A DNA stretch of 64,000 nt from Oculina patagonica (taxonomy: Eukaryota). The translations under genes and the position numbers were made by a program. The stretch covers positions 10,726,001 through 10,790,000 of the forward strand of contig NC_135762.1 of NCBI RefSeq assembly GCF_052425735.1, in the 5' to 3' direction. Positions 62,900 through 64,000 of this stretch are shown here, piece by piece (within the stretch, counting starts at the first letter, position 1; every line of letters starts with the position of its first letter). Below the pieces are notes generated by a model. That model did no database searches, had not been told where the DNA came from, and saw only the letters and a program-made list of their open reading frames with translations.

Positions 62900-64000
62900 T
62901 TTTCAAAAGTAATACGACTTTTTTAATTTTCACAAACATGTTTCGACGGTACATCCGTCATCGTCAGTGTGACGGTTATGAAAGTTTACAGTGATTTAAA
63001 ACGTGCCTGTTACAAATCATACGTTACATTGCGTTGAAAAGCAATACGCTAGATAAATTTTGAAGTTAACGGAATTAAAAAGAAGCGCGCGCGCGTGCAG
63101 CTATAGGGAAAGCGTCAAATTGATGTGTTTGACCTGTTGATTAAGGTCCGGCTTTTCCCACTTGATGTACATAGACTCCTTAAGCTTAACCTGGTACTTG
63201 GTAGGTGCAGAGTCTAAGATCTTGAAGCAGTCTAAGTTACAAGAGGTACGGCATGACTCTGAAGCCTGCAAATGCTTATAAACGTGAGAGGTTCTGTCCG
63301 ATGACAAGTGCTCGTGCACGCGCGTGGAGAAATGTCGGCTTGTTTCGCCAACGTAACAAGCATTACAGCTTGCACAAGAAAATTTGTACACGATGCGCGT
63401 ACGGAGCCTGTCAGGGAGAGGATCTTTCACGTTAAACAAGTTCTTAATTTTAAAAGTAGAATAAACAAATTTGATGTCTATGGGTTAACAGAATCGATCG
63501 ATTAGCTTGCGCACCCTTTGTTGGATGTGCAACACCCGAAAAATGCCCGATGTAGGGGATCTTGAAATAGTGCTTGGGCAACTCCTGTTGCTCGACACCT
63601 GTTGAAGGGAACAAATTTGTTTATTCTACTTTTAAAATTAAGAACTTGTTTAACGTGAAAGATCCTCTCCCTGACAGGCTCCGTACGCGCATCGTGTACA
63701 AATTTTCTTGTGCAAGCTGTAATGCTTGTTACGTTGGCGAAACAAGCCGACATTTCTCCACGCGCGTGCACGAGCACTTGTCATCGGACAGAACCTCTCA
63801 CGTTTATAAGCATTTGCAGGCTTCAGAGTCATGCCGTACCTCTTGTAACTTAGACTGCTTCAAGATCTTAGACTCTGCACCTACCAAGTACCAGGTTAAG
63901 CTTAAGGAGTCTATGTACATCAAGTGGGAAAAGCCGGACCTTAATCAACAGGTCAAACACATCAATTTGACGCTTTCCCTATAGCTGCACGCGCGCGCGC
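62900..64000. mobile_element. Penelope-like retroelement: two 5'-truncated GIY-YIG arms in inverted orientation within a villin intron
   Basis: IVYKFSCASCNACYVGETSRHFSTRVHEH..LKESMYIKWEKPDLNQQ on minus (63439-63101) and plus (to 63984). The arms look identical over ~63085-63472 versus 63611-64000. The left arm extends upstream through YFKIPYIG (with frameshift and stop) to ~63610. Confidence 0.92.
62930..62972 (-). ncRNA. Minimal type I hammerhead ribozyme of a Penelope-like element
   Basis: UCACA CUGACGA U GACGG-AUGUA-CCGUC GAAA CAUG UU UGUGA: stem I UCACA/UGUGA, core CUGANGA..GAAA, 5-bp stem II, palindromic minimal stem III ACAUGU, cleavage triplet GUU. Confidence 0.8.

Overview
Eukaryotic, AT-rich, transposon-dense genomic DNA. 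The repeat families and genes suggest a cnidarian, probably a stony coral (inference). There is a 500-N gap at 10839-11338. Reading spliced exons by hand gives five loci. (1) A cluster of intronless class I SAM methyltransferase paralogues, all damaged here: copy A (2861-3662) has a +1 frameshift, copy B (13361-15904) is split by a 1731-bp foldback element with TAC..GTA ends and a 6-bp TSD (IS3EU-like), and a possible third relic lies at ~540-1200 on the minus strand. (2) A two-exon gene (27518-24439, minus) for an unrecognised secreted proprotein with two copies of a ~65-aa Cys-containing domain. (3) A single-exon RVxF/ankyrin PP1 regulator, PPP1R27-like (39599-40195, minus). (4) A four-exon type II membrane collagen + 3xIg + Caspr-type fibrinogen-like domain gene (44962-49322). 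(5) The last 17 exons of a villin/advillin gene (62640-53013, minus). The most novel-looking signal is a candidate alternative terminal villin exon (54723-54475) that would replace the headpiece with a hydrophobic tail. Mobile DNA includes an OTU-carrying Helentron-like element, inverted Penelope GIY-YIG arms with a minimal hammerhead ribozyme inside a villin intron, a Bov-A-like bipartite RTE, two Nin/Deu-domain SINEs, L2/CR1 fragments, and many hAT, Harbinger, Kolobok, piggyBac, Tc/mariner and Academ MITEs, some nested four deep. No database searches were run; family names rest on recognised motifs and terminal signatures.
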